The notes below the pieces were generated by a model. It was given only the letters and a program-made list of their open reading frames with translations. It was not told the origin of the DNA and made no database searches. A program made the translations under genes and the position numbers. Below are positions 50,513 through 60,528 of a DNA stretch of 64,000 bases, piece after piece. Position 1 is the first letter of the stretch. Each line of letters begins with the position of its first letter. This DNA comes from an uncultured Planctomycetaceae bacterium (lineage in GTDB: Bacteria; Planctomycetota; Planctomycetia; Isosphaerales; Isosphaeraceae), in NCBI GenBank assembly GCA_963833985.1, contig CAWIAD010000002.1:4672001-4736000 (forward strand), given 5' to 3'.

Positions 50513-51637
50513 ATGTACATCCACCAAAGAGACGATTGGCCCAGGTTCCACTGGGATCCAGAAGGGCTGGCAAACCTGCTTGCGGCGGTTCGTCATCGCC
50601 AGGGCCGGCTCATCGGTCGGATGGAAGGGCTCGGCTTTCAACTCCGCGAGGAGGCGGTGTTGAGCACCCTGACGCAGGACGTCCTGAAATCGAGCGAGAT
50701 CGAAGGCGAAATCCTCGACGTCGAGCAGGTTCGCTCATCCCTCGCCCGCCGACTTGGACTCGATATTGGCGCACTGACGCCCGCCGATCGTCATGTCGAA
50801 GGCGTGGTCGAGTTGATGCTCGATGCCACCCGGCGATACGAAGAACCACTGAGCGAGGAACGTCTATGCGGCTGGCACGCCGCCCTCTTCCCGACCAGGC
50901 GCAGCGGGATGCAGAAAATCCGGGTCGGTGACTGGCGGGACGACGCTGCTGGCCCGATGCAGGTCGTCTCAGGCGCAATCGGCAAGGAACGGGTCCATTA
51001 CCAGGCGCCGCCAGCCGACCGGCTGTCGGCCGAGATGTCGCAGTTCCTGGAATGGTTCAATGACTCGGGGACGATCGACCCGGTCCTCAAAGCCGCCGAG
51101 GCTCATCTCTGGTTCGTCACCATTCACCCTTTCGACGACGGAAATGGGCGCATCGCCCGAGCCATCGCCGATCTGGCCCTGGCACGGTCGGAGCAAAGTC
51201 CGAATCGCTTCTACAGCATGTCTGCGCAGATCCGGCTGGAGCGAGGCGATTATTACGGCATCCTGGAACAGACCCAGAAAGGTTCGCTCGATATCACGGC
51301 GTGGATGCGGTGGTTCCTCGGCTGCCTCGATCGCGCATTCGACGGAGCGGAGGCCACGCTCGGCCACGTGCTCCGAAAAGCGCGGTTCTGGGAAGTTCAC
51401 GCCGGGGAATCGTTCAACGACCGGCAGCGGAAAATCGTCAATCGGCTGATGAACGGATTCGAGGGCAAGCTCACGTCGTCGAAGTGGGCAAAACTGGCCA
51501 GGTGCTCACAGGATACAGCCAGCCGCGATATCAACGACCTGATCAAACGCCGAGTGCTCGCGAAGAATGATGCCGGTGGCCGGAGCACCAGCTATTCGCT
51601 CATCGAGCCGGCCGCGAAGAGCGAACCAGGGCCATGA
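50513..51637 (+). CDS. Fic family protein (DUF4172 N-terminus, C-terminal HTH)
   Basis: MYIHQRDDWPRFHWD; HPFDDGNGRIAR; SQDTASRDINDL. Confidence 0.93.
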   Translation: MYIHQRDDWPRFHWDPEGLANLLAAVRHRQGRLIGRMEGLGFQLREEAVLSTLTQDVLKSSEIEGEILDVEQVRSSLARRLGLDIGALTPADRHVEGVVELMLDATRRYEEPLSEERLCGWHAALFPTRRSGMQKIRVGDWRDDAAGPMQVVSGAIGKERVHYQAPPADRLSAEMSQFLEWFNDSGTIDPVLKAAEAHLWFVTIHPFDDGNGRIARAIADLALARSEQSPNRFYSMSAQIRLERGDYYGILEQTQKGSLDITAWMRWFLGCLDRAFDGAEATLGHVLRKARFWEVHAGESFNDRQRKIVNRLMNGFEGKLTSSKWAKLARCSQDTASRDINDLIKRRVLAKNDAGGRSTSYSLIEPAAKSEPGP

Positions 51638-52399
51638 TCACCGGAATGACATATGGGGCGTATGGGGTCCGGGCGGATCGGGTCCGGGGCGGATGCTCCC
51701 GCGGTTCATCGCGTGGTACACCAGACCGTCGTCGGTGGCACGAGGAAGACGTCTCATGATGCCCGTGTTACGGCGAGATGCGGGCTTGCGTCAAGAAAAA
51801 TGAACTGACACGAATTCCTCCCATGATCACCGGAATGACATATGGGGCGTATGGGGTCCGGGCGGATCGGGTCCGGGGCGGATGCTCCCGCGGTTCATCG
51901 CGTGGTACACCAGACCGTCGTCGGTGGCACGAGGAAGACGTCTCATGATGCCCGTGTTACGGCGAGATGCGGGCTTGCGTCAAGAAAAATGAACTGACAC
52001 GAATTCCTCCCCGGCGAGATGCGGGCTTGCGTCAAGAAAAATGAACTGACACGAATTCCTCCCCGTCAAGAAAAATGAACTGACACGAATTCCTCCGTGG
52101 GGCGTATGGGGTCCGGGCGGATCGGGTCCGGGGCGGATGCTCCCGCGGTTCATCGCGTGGTACACCAGACCGTCGTCGGTGGCACGAGGAAGACGTCTCA
52201 TGATGCCCGTGTTACGGCGAGATGCGGGCTTGCGTCAAGAAAAATGAACTGACACGAATTCCTCCCCGGCGAGATGCGGGCTTGCGTCAAGAAAAATGAA
52301 CTGACACGAATTCCTCCCCGTCAAGAAAAATGAACTGACACGAATTCCTCCGTCAAGAAAAATGAACTGACACGAATTCCTCCCGACACGAATTCCTCC
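51632..52399. repeat. Nested direct-repeat array with three 5' fragments of a RAYT/Y1 transposase and eight copies of a 31-mer
   Basis: TCAAGAAAAATGAACTGACACGAATTCCTCC at 51791, 51980, 52032, 52066, 52235, 52287, 52321 and 52353; minus-strand MRRLPRATDDGLVYHAMNRG occurs three times. Confidence 0.85.
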
Positions 52400-52545
52400 C
52401 GTTACGGCTAGGAAACGGCTCTGCACAAAGGGGATTATTTCCCCCTATCTTTCCTTGCCTAGGCTCTGGCGGCCTTGTCAAAGGCCCCGGAGCATGTTAG
52501 CATTGAATTCGATGCGTTGACGATGCGACTTAGCAGAAGGTATTT

Positions 52546-52842
52546 ATGGACATTGACCGCGACATTCATCCACTCACCGATTTCAAGCGAAACACCTCCC
52601 ATTTCGTTTCACAACTGAAGGAAACCGGCCAACCCCTCGTCCTCACCATCAACGGCAAGGCGGAGCTGGTCGTGCAGGATGCCGCTTCCTATCAAAAATT
52701 GGCTGACCTCGCCGAGCGGCTGGAGACCATCCAGGCCGTCAAAGACAGCCTGGCCTCCATTGACCGGGGTGAAGGCACAGCGATGGACGAAGTATTCGAC
52801 GCACTGGAGAAGCGGATCAGACAGCCAAAGGCCCGTCCGTGA
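52546..52842 (+). CDS. Phd/YefM family antitoxin
   Basis: IHPLTDFKRNT...PLVLTINGKAELVVQDAASYQ. Confidence 0.88.
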   Translation: MDIDRDIHPLTDFKRNTSHFVSQLKETGQPLVLTINGKAELVVQDAASYQKLADLAERLETIQAVKDSLASIDRGEGTAMDEVFDALEKRIRQPKARP

Positions 52843-53189
52843 GCTTCCGCGTCGTCGTCCAGCCGCGTGCGGAAAAGGACCTACTCGACGCCGCCAGTTT
52901 CCTGCTCGACCGCAGCAAGTGATCGACCATCGCTCTTCGGTGGTAACGCGGCATCCGGGGGAAAATCAACACTCTTAAGACCAGCCCGCACCGCTGCCCG
53001 GTCGATCCCGACTCGGCGGCCTACGGCTCAGAGGTTCGTGTGCCGCTCTACGGCAAACGGCAAGGCGTCTATCGCGTTCTCTTCACGATACGTGGCAACA
53101 CCGTCTTTGTCCTGACCGTGCGGCATTCAGCCCAGCGTCGCCTTACAGACGACATCGACCAGGACGACGAGCAAGGCACGCCGCATTGA
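52839..53189 (+). pseudogene. RelE/ParE family toxin with two in-frame stops
   Basis: MSFRVVVQPRAEKDL...PHRCP...YRVLFTIRGNTVFVLTVRHSAQ; TGA at 52920 and TAA at 52944. Confidence 0.85.
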
Positions 53190-53504
53190 CGTAGGGGCTC
53201 TCACTGAGCAGTCAACGGACTGACTCTCCCCTAGCAGAACCCGCTTCTGCCATTGCTGGCACCCCGCCATCCAGGCGGCCGCGTGCTCACGGGGTACGCT
53301 TCGCTTCCGTCCCTGCGGGACCGGCTACGCCGCCCTTCCGCCCGCTGGTGCGTGGTCGTTCACCGGCGACCGCCACGCCCGGCCCCGGCGTACCGTGGCC
53401 GTTCATGCCGGCCGCTTATCGGTTCACTGAAGGAAGCGTGTCGTTTTTTGCTCGTCCCGGCCCCATTGAACATGGGGGGCCGGTCCGGCAAAGAGGGAAA
53501 TTGG

Positions 53505-55520
53505 GCCGGGTCGCCCTGGGGGATTGCTCCCCCGGGGCTCCCACAGATCCAGACGTGCGGATTTCCCGCATCTGGCTCGTCACCTCATGTCGCTGCGCGG
53601 CCCAGCAGACTGTGAACCACACGGGCCGGGGGCAGGCAGTATTGCCGTTCCAAGCGCACGAAGTCCGACCACGGTAGCGGTTTCCCCCGGCGACGCCGGG
53701 ACAGCCATCGTTTCCAGATCGCTCGCGCTCCCCGAAGGAAGTTTTGGAGACTCGCAAAGTTACCGATGATCCCGTAGTACCCGTAGTGGCCTTGCAGCTT
53801 CTGTTTGAGTGTCTGGTGCTGAACCGGAATCGGTTGATGCCGATTGACTCGGCACCACTCCGACAACGCTTGAAACGCTCGCTTGAGTCGGTTCCTCGCC
53901 GTCTTGCGCTTGATCACCCAGCCGCCTTTCCGACTTCGACCCCAGTAATGGGTGAAGCCCAGGAAGTCGAATGTCTTGGGCAAGGAGGATTCTCCTGCCT
54001 TCGTTTCGGAGTCGTCAGGATCATCCGGGTGGAACCGAACGAGCCGTGTCTTCTCCGGGTGAGCGGTCAAGCCGTACTTGCTCATCCGCTTGGGTAACAC
54101 GTCCATGATTCGCCGGGCGTCGTCTTCTCGGACTGTCCCGATCACGAAGTCGTCCGCATAGCGGATCACGAAAGCCTCCCCCTTCAGACGAGGTCGAACC
54201 TCCTGGTCGAACCATTCGTCGAGCACGTAGTGCAAGAACAGATTCGAAATCAAGGGGCTGAGAACCCCGCCTTGTGGCGCACCGTGTTCGGGAGTCGTGT
54301 GGACTCCGTCCTCCAGCACTCCAGCATTGAGCCATTTACCGATCAATCGCAGGATCACACCATCGCGCACCCGTCGCTTGAGGAACTCCCGTAGATGGCC
54401 ATGGTCAATCGTGTCGAAAAACTTTCGAAGATCAACGTCCACGATCCAGCGGCATCCCAGGTTCATCGCCCGCTTCCACAGAGAATCCAGGGCTCCGTGA
54501 GCGCCCCGTCCGGGACGGAAGCCGTGTGAGGCGTCCAAGAAGTCCGCCTCGTACACCGGCTCCAACACCATCAGGACCGCACGCTGGAGGATCTTGTCCT
54601 CGAACGTGGGAATCCCCAGCGGGCGGGTCTCGCCAGGCGAGCCTGCCTTGGGAATATTCACTCGTCGCACGGGCGGGGCCACGTACGTGCCGGACTTCGC
54701 GCGGTTGAGGAGGTCCTGAAGGTTGCCCTTCAGGTTGGTCTCGTAATCCTCCGCGGTCTGTCCGTCCACGCCGACGGCTCCATCCTTGCGGGTTAGAGCA
54801 TAGGCCTTGCGTAGCCAGAGGATGTCGATGTGATGCGCCAGGTTCGTGAAGGACATGTCCGGAGCGTTCCTGGCGAGTTCCGCGATCCGTTGTTGTTTTG
54901 TGTACACGGTCTCAGGTCTCGGCGTACCTGGCATGTTTCCCTCCAACGGTTCATGAGACGGCGTCCCCTTCCCTCCCCGGGGTCCATTCGGGCTAGTTCC
55001 CCCGGTTCCTCGGTACTATGAGACGCTCCGACTCCCTGCCGTCCATCTCGCCGCACTTCGTTTCCTTCGCTTGGCGATACCATCGTTTCGTCCCCGGTTC
55101 GTCCCCACAGCTTGGGACCTAGCTATGGATCATCCTGGAGTTGGTAAGCCGGGCTCCCGCCGGCACTTTACGATGGAGACGACAGGGTCTCCCAAGTTCC
55201 CAGAGGATCCCTTGTGATCATTCGCCCTGTTCTCCGACCCCGGCGTGACCAGGCAGGCTGAGTGGACCACGGGTTAGTTGCCTGGCGCGGCCCCCGCGTC
55301 TGACAAGGACGAGGGCTCACCACGAGGAGATTTCGGGGCTCAATCGCACGGCGTTTGATCTGGCTGTCTACGCTTCGCAGGGGTGGTTGCCCACCACCAC
55401 GCAAGACTCGCTTCCGGCTGCTGGTCCAGCTCTGCCGGACGGGATTGGCTACCCGCAGGGTTCCCTACGAAAGGGTTCAAGTTTGTGGCTATCCTCCCTT
55501 CCTGAGCTTCCTTGGCGCAA
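53505..55520 (-). mobile_element. Group II intron (IIB-like, ~2.0 kb)
   Basis: 5' end TTGCGCC; domain V GAGCCAGATGCGGGAAATCCGCACGTCTGGATC; domain VI ending GCGACCCGGC; EBS1 TGTCAG (55300-55305) pairs with the 5' exon end CTGACA. Confidence 0.88.
53585..54946 (-). CDS. ltrA: Group II intron reverse transcriptase/maturase (no endonuclease domain)
   Basis: RPLGIPTFEDK, PQGGVLSP, RYADDF, FDFLGF, domain X GHYGYYG. Confidence 0.95.
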   Translation of the reverse strand: MEGNMPGTPRPETVYTKQQRIAELARNAPDMSFTNLAHHIDILWLRKAYALTRKDGAVGVDGQTAEDYETNLKGNLQDLLNRAKSGTYVAPPVRRVNIPKAGSPGETRPLGIPTFEDKILQRAVLMVLEPVYEADFLDASHGFRPGRGAHGALDSLWKRAMNLGCRWIVDVDLRKFFDTIDHGHLREFLKRRVRDGVILRLIGKWLNAGVLEDGVHTTPEHGAPQGGVLSPLISNLFLHYVLDEWFDQEVRPRLKGEAFVIRYADDFVIGTVREDDARRIMDVLPKRMSKYGLTAHPEKTRLVRFHPDDPDDSETKAGESSLPKTFDFLGFTHYWGRSRKGGWVIKRKTARNRLKRAFQALSEWCRVNRHQPIPVQHQTLKQKLQGHYGYYGIIGNFASLQNFLRGARAIWKRWLSRRRRGKPLPWSDFVRLERQYCLPPARVVHSLLGRAAT

Positions 55521-55624
55521 TGTCAGTTCACTTTTCGTAGGATAAATGAACTGACACCGGTTTCTTGACACCGGTTTCTTGCGGCGCAACGCGAATGAGT
55601 CGGGTTCTCCGGAGACGGGCAAAC

Positions 55625-56077
55625 TCACTGGGGATAGATGACGGACAGACCTTGTAGCCTGGCGACTTCGCAGAGCCTTTCGTCGGCACATACGAAGCAA
55701 TCCATCGCTACGGGATCCCGGATCGACAACGCCACGGCAAGCTGTATCGCGTCAAGCGAATGAATCTGTCTCACTTTCCCATGAACGGCGATCAATTCGC
55801 CCGCCGACTCAAAGTGCGAGTTGAGTATCCGGATGGGCACGAACACGCGGTCTCGGATATCGGCGAAAAACCGCGCCGCCAGCCGATCGAATTCCGTGTC
55901 GGAAATCAGTCCAGTCCGTACCTTCTTCGCGAAGACCGAGAGCACCTCGGTCAGCGTCAACCTTGAGCCTGAGTAGGTTGATGTGGGTTCCCGGAGCAAT
56001 TGAGCCACCGTGTGTGATCCCGGCTCATCGTGGTACCGCTTCACCACAGCGCTCGCGTCGAAGAAGAAATCTGGCAT
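55625..56077 (-). CDS. VapC family PIN-domain toxin
   Basis: FFDASAVVKRY...E, LTEVLS, SLDAIQLAVA, CADERL. Confidence 0.9.
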   Translation of the reverse strand: MPDFFFDASAVVKRYHDEPGSHTVAQLLREPTSTYSGSRLTLTEVLSVFAKKVRTGLISDTEFDRLAARFFADIRDRVFVPIRILNSHFESAGELIAVHGKVRQIHSLDAIQLAVALSIRDPVAMDCFVCADERLCEVARLQGLSVIYPQ

Positions 56078-56386
56078 CTACGATCGGTACTCTCTCTCTT
56101 CGATGACAGCCTGGCTCATTGAACCGGGGATCTTCGAGAGCATTCGGCGGACTTCCTCGACCGAGGGTATCTCCCGGCCTTCCAGTTCGCGAGTGCAATA
56201 GGCTATGGCCTCGTGATCCACGGCGGCTTTCGATTCGGATCCCAAGCCCGTGTCAGTTCCGCGCTGATCCTCCCGGCAAAAACGGCGCAAGGCTTCTTGA
56301 AGCACAGCCTCTTCAGTGGGGAAATCGCCGCTCTGAACCTTGCGGCGAACAAATTCCCGTAGCTCGATGGTCAAGGTCACATCCAC
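56078..56386 (-). CDS. ParD-like (ribbon-helix-helix) antitoxin
   Basis: VTLTIELREFVRRKVQSGDFPTEEAVLQEAL; directly abuts the vapC start. Confidence 0.75.
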   Translation of the reverse strand: MDVTLTIELREFVRRKVQSGDFPTEEAVLQEALRRFCREDQRGTDTGLGSESKAAVDHEAIAYCTRELEGREIPSVEEVRRMLSKIPGSMSQAVIEEREYRS

Positions 56387-56658
56387 TGGTCAGCTCCTTG
56401 CTTTTCAAACCAGGCGCCTTGCACGCCCATTTCCAGGATACGAGGCGAGGCAAGGGACCGAATAGTAACCCTGCTCGCGGTCCGCCCCCAGGTCTGGCCA
56501 CATCCCCACCTTCCGCTTCATCCTCTTGATTCAGCAGCGGCGCTGGTTCAGACTGGAATGGTAGACCGCGCTGCCACGGCGCAGCACGGCGATCCTCCCG
56601 GCCGCTCCCTTGCTCACGAGGCGGAGGGCGACCCTCACCGTGGAGGTCCAGTGCGACG

Positions 56659-57191
56659 ATGGCCGAGATCTCTCGGAAAGCAACGTCGGCCGAGAGCAAT
56701 GGGGCGCATCCCAGCGGCGATAACCGCTTCAAGATGCTCGACGCCACCATGAAGCGGCAACGCTTTCAGCCAGACGCCCTGATCGAGGTGCTGCACACCG
56801 CGCAGGAGCTTTTTGGCTACCTTCAGGACGACATCCTTTTGTACGTCGCCCACGGGCTCAAGCTGCCGCCCAGCCGGGTCTACGGCGTGGCCACGTTTTA
56901 TCACTTCTTCACGTTCACGCCCAAGGGCAAGCACACCTGCGTCGTCTGCATGGGCACCGCCTGCTACGTGAAGGGGGGAGAGACGCTGCTGGCCACTGTG
57001 CGTGCCTGCGCGGGGCGGGAGAATCGTGATTCCGCCGGCGATGTGCCTTTCGTCTCGGTCGATACGGCGCGCTGCCTGGCGCTTGCGGCCTGGCGCCGGT
57101 GGTTGTCTTCGACGGCGAGGTTTGCGGCACGGTCTCGCCGCGGGTGGCCGAGGCCCGCATGAAGGGATGGCTGGACCATGGACCTGATTGA
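56659..57191 (+). CDS. hoxE: Bidirectional hydrogenase subunit HoxE; 1-nt frameshift near 57078
   Basis: [17 protein letters not shown]; restoring one G gives [16 protein letters not shown] to a stop at 57191. Confidence 0.88.
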
Positions 57192-58824
57192 ACTCCAGGA
57201 GATCGCCGAGAAAGAAGTGGCGGCACGGAAGCCCACGGCGATTCGCGTCTGCACCGCGGCGGGCTGCCTCTCCTCAGGCGCTCAGGACGTGCAGGCGCGG
57301 CTGACCGATGCCGTCGCCCAGGCGAACCAGGGAGACAGGGTCCAGGTCTGCTCCGTGGGCTGCATGCGGCTTTGCTGCGAGGGGCCGCTTGTCCAGGTAG
57401 ATCCTGCCGGCATCCTCTACGAACGGGTCCGGCCAGAGCAGGCCGCGTCGATCGTGCTCAGCCTGGGCGGCGGTGCGGCCAGCGCGCGGAAGGGTGCTCT
57501 CGACCGGCCCTTCTTCAGCCGCCAGAAATCGGTGGTGCTGGAAAACAGCGGGAAGATCGAGCCGGAGCGGATCGAGTCGTACATCGCCGCCAGCGGCTAC
57601 CGGGCGCTCTACGATGTCGTCCGGGAAATGAACCCGGCCGACGTGGTCGACATGGTCACACGCAGCGGACTACGCGGCCGGGGCGGCGCGGGCTACCCCA
57701 CGGGGCTGAAATGGGGGATGGTCGCGAAGAACCAGGGCGGGCCGCACAAATACGTCGTGTGCAACGCGGACGAGGGGGACCCCGGCGCGTTCATGGACCG
57801 CAGCGTCCTGGAGAGCGACCCGCACCGGGTGCTCGAAGGCATGGCGATCGCCGCTTACGCCGTGGGTGCCGACACGGGCTATATTTACGTGCGCGGCGAG
57901 TATCCCCTGGCCATCCGCCGGCTCGAGGTCGGCATTCGCCAGGCCCGGCGGCTGGGGCTCCTCGGCACCCAGATCTTCGAGTCGCCGTTCAATTTCCGGG
58001 TCGATCTCCGGATCGGCGCCGGGGCGTTCGTGTGCGGCGAGGAGACTGCGCTGCTGGCATCCATCGAGGGCCGGCGCGGCACACCCCGGCCGCGTCCCCC
58101 CTACCCCGCCGAGGCCGGGCTGTGGCGCAGCCCCACTCTCATCAACAACGTGGAGACGTTCGCGAATGTTCCGGCGATTATCCGCAACGGCCCGGAGTGG
58201 TTCGCCTCGATCGGCACCGAGAAAAGCAAGGGGACGAAGGTCTTCGCCCTGGCCGGCAAGATCCGCCACACGGGTCTGGTCGAGGTGCCCATGGGGACGT
58301 CGCTGCGCGAGATCGTGGAGGAGATCGGCGGCGGGGCGCCGGACGGCGGCACGATCAAGGCCGTGCAGACCGGCGGCCCCTCCGGCGGCTGCATCCCCGC
58401 CGAGGCGCTCGATACGCCCGTGGATTACGAATCGCTTCTGCGGCTGGGTTCGATCATGGGCTCGGGCGGAATGATCGTGATGGACCAGACCACCAACATG
58501 GTCAACGTGGCGAAGTTCTTCATGGAGTTCTGCATGGACGAGTCGTGCGGCAAGTGCATTCCCTGCCGCTCGGGGACGGTCCAGCTCCATCGTCTGCTCA
58601 CGAAGATCACCCAGCGGCAGGCGACGGCCGCCGACCTGACTCGCCTGGAATCGCTCTGCGAGATGGTCAAGCACACGAGCCTGTGCGGCCTGGGCCAGTC
58701 CGCCCCCAACCCCGTGCTGAGCACCCTGCGGTATTTTCGCAAGGAGTACGAAGAGCTGCTGTGCGCGGACCCCGCGGCGACTGGCCCGGTCACGGCAGTC
58801 CCTTTTGAGAAGGCGGGAACCTGA
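57178..58824 (+). CDS. hoxF: Diaphorase subunit HoxF (NuoF-like)
   Basis: [43 protein letters not shown]. Confidence 0.95.
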   Translation: MDLIELQEIAEKEVAARKPTAIRVCTAAGCLSSGAQDVQARLTDAVAQANQGDRVQVCSVGCMRLCCEGPLVQVDPAGILYERVRPEQAASIVLSLGGGAASARKGALDRPFFSRQKSVVLENSGKIEPERIESYIAASGYRALYDVVREMNPADVVDMVTRSGLRGRGGAGYPTGLKWGMVAKNQGGPHKYVVCNADEGDPGAFMDRSVLESDPHRVLEGMAIAAYAVGADTGYIYVRGEYPLAIRRLEVGIRQARRLGLLGTQIFESPFNFRVDLRIGAGAFVCGEETALLASIEGRRGTPRPRPPYPAEAGLWRSPTLINNVETFANVPAIIRNGPEWFASIGTEKSKGTKVFALAGKIRHTGLVEVPMGTSLREIVEEIGGGAPDGGTIKAVQTGGPSGGCIPAEALDTPVDYESLLRLGSIMGSGGMIVMDQTTNMVNVAKFFMEFCMDESCGKCIPCRSGTVQLHRLLTKITQRQATAADLTRLESLCEMVKHTSLCGLGQSAPNPVLSTLRYFRKEYEELLCADPAATGPVTAVPFEKAGT

Positions 58825-58826
58825 TC

Positions 58827-59546
58827 ATGGCGGCCGTGAAGACACTCTCGATCGACGGCAAGCTGATCAACGCGCGAGGCGACCAGACGATCCTCCAGGC
58901 CGCCTCCGAGGCGGGAATCTCCATTCCCACGTTGTGCCACCTGGAAGGCGTTTCCGACGTGGGAGCCTGCCGGATGTGCCTGGTCGAGGTCGGCGATCCT
59001 CCCAGGCTGCTGCCGGCCTGCACCACGCAGGTCTTCGAGGAGATGAAAGTGCAGACCGCCACGGAGCGGCTGGCCAGCTACCGGAAGATGATCATCGAGC
59101 TGCTCTTCGCCGAGCGGAACCACGTCTGCTCCGTGTGCGTGGCCAACGGCAACTGCGAGCTCCAGGAACTGGCCGTACGGGTGGGCATGGACCACGTGCG
59201 GTTTGATTATCTCAGCCCCCAGCTGCCGGTGGACATCAGCCACAAGCTCTTCGGCATCGATCACAACCGTTGCGTCCTCTGCACCCGGTGCGTGCGAGTC
59301 TGCGACCAGGTCGAGGGAGCGCACACCTGGGACGTGGCGAACCGCGGCGTCAACGCGCGCGTCATCACCGACATGCACCAGCCCTGGGGGACGTCGCCCA
59401 CGTGCACGTCGTGCGGCAAGTGCATGCAAGCCTGCCCGACCGGGGCCATCTTCGCCCAGGGATCGACGGTCTCCGAACTGCGCCACGACCGATCGATCGT
59501 CGCCTTCCTCGTGAGCGCCCGGGAGAAGAAGCAATGGAACGTCTGA
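58827..59546 (+). CDS. hoxU: Fe-S subunit HoxU
   Basis: IPTLC...GACRMC, HVCSVC...C, CVLCTRC, CTSCGKC. Confidence 0.93.
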   Translation: MAAVKTLSIDGKLINARGDQTILQAASEAGISIPTLCHLEGVSDVGACRMCLVEVGDPPRLLPACTTQVFEEMKVQTATERLASYRKMIIELLFAERNHVCSVCVANGNCELQELAVRVGMDHVRFDYLSPQLPVDISHKLFGIDHNRCVLCTRCVRVCDQVEGAHTWDVANRGVNARVITDMHQPWGTSPTCTSCGKCMQACPTGAIFAQGSTVSELRHDRSIVAFLVSAREKKQWNV

Positions 59547-60076
59547 AGCTGGCGACCATGTGGCTGGCGGGCTGTTCCGGCTGCCACATGTCATTCCTGG
59601 ACCTCGACGAGTTCCTCATTGACCTGGAGAAGCTGGTCGACTTCGTTTACACGCCCCTGATCGACGCGAAGACCTTCCCCGAGCATGTCGACGTGACCCT
59701 GCTGGAAGGGGCGGTAGCCAATCGAGACAACCTCGAGTTCGTGCGGATGGTACGATCGCGGACGAAGACTCTGGTCTCCTTCGGCGATTGCGCGGTGACG
59801 GGCAACGTCACGGCCATGCGGAACCCGCTGGGCGGTCCCGATGTCGTGCTCCGGCGGTCCTACCTGGAGAACGGCGATCTGGGGGCCCAGGTTCCCGTGA
59901 GCCCGGGCATATTGCCCGTGCTCCTGGACCGGGTCGTCCCTGTGCACCACGTCGTGCCTGTCGATGTTTTCATTCCCGGCTGCCCGCCCCCGGCCGAGCG
60001 CATCCGCGAGGTGCTCGAGCAGCTCGTTGGCCGACACGCCGCGGGGCTGGCGGGAGATGAGATCAAATTCGGCTGA
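59534..60076 (+). CDS. hoxY: NiFe hydrogenase small subunit HoxY
   Basis: WLAGCSGCHMS, FGDCA, PGCPP. Confidence 0.93.
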   Translation: MERLKLATMWLAGCSGCHMSFLDLDEFLIDLEKLVDFVYTPLIDAKTFPEHVDVTLLEGAVANRDNLEFVRMVRSRTKTLVSFGDCAVTGNVTAMRNPLGGPDVVLRRSYLENGDLGAQVPVSPGILPVLLDRVVPVHHVVPVDVFIPGCPPPAERIREVLEQLVGRHAAGLAGDEIKFG

Positions 60077-60528
60077 ACAGTCACCGTAGATCGCACCACA
60101 AAGGGCGCGAAGGAACGCACGAGTTGCGATGCGACCGAGGAATGCAAGGAAGAGATGATCGAGACCACTGAGGAGGGGATCGGGTGAACCACGAAGGGCT
60201 CAAAGATCACCAAGGAAAGAAGAAATCGGGAAATCAATGAGGAATCTGGCGGGGCGTGAGGAAATCATGTGATCAAATCAACGAGTCTCATGGTCACTCC
60301 ATCGCGATCTGTTTTGCTGATCGAAATCCGGGTGCCGGATCACCAGGATAGAGGGAATCTGCCGAATCGAATCTCAGGGATCGCCGGGTTTGAGCGTTCT
60401 TCGTACTTTCTGTGGTGCAACGTGATTGCTGATTGAAGAACCGCTGAAGGTGCCTTGTGGTCCGCGAACTTTCCTACGGCTGGATCTGGGATGTGCAACG
60501 AAAAACGGAACGAAAGCTGGCTTGAACC

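Noticed and set aside
51791..52399. CRISPR array (31-bp repeat, eight copies)
   Set aside because: Intervening sequences range from 1 to 158 bp and are copies of each other, not unique spacers; no cas genes nearby.
52920..52922. Selenocysteine or readthrough TGA in the RelE/ParE gene
   Set aside because: A TAA follows eight codons later and there is no Cys-equivalent context.
53585..54946. Retron, Abi or other defence RT
   Set aside because: Domain X, flanking domain V/VI RNA and EBS1/IBS1 pairing identify a group II intron.
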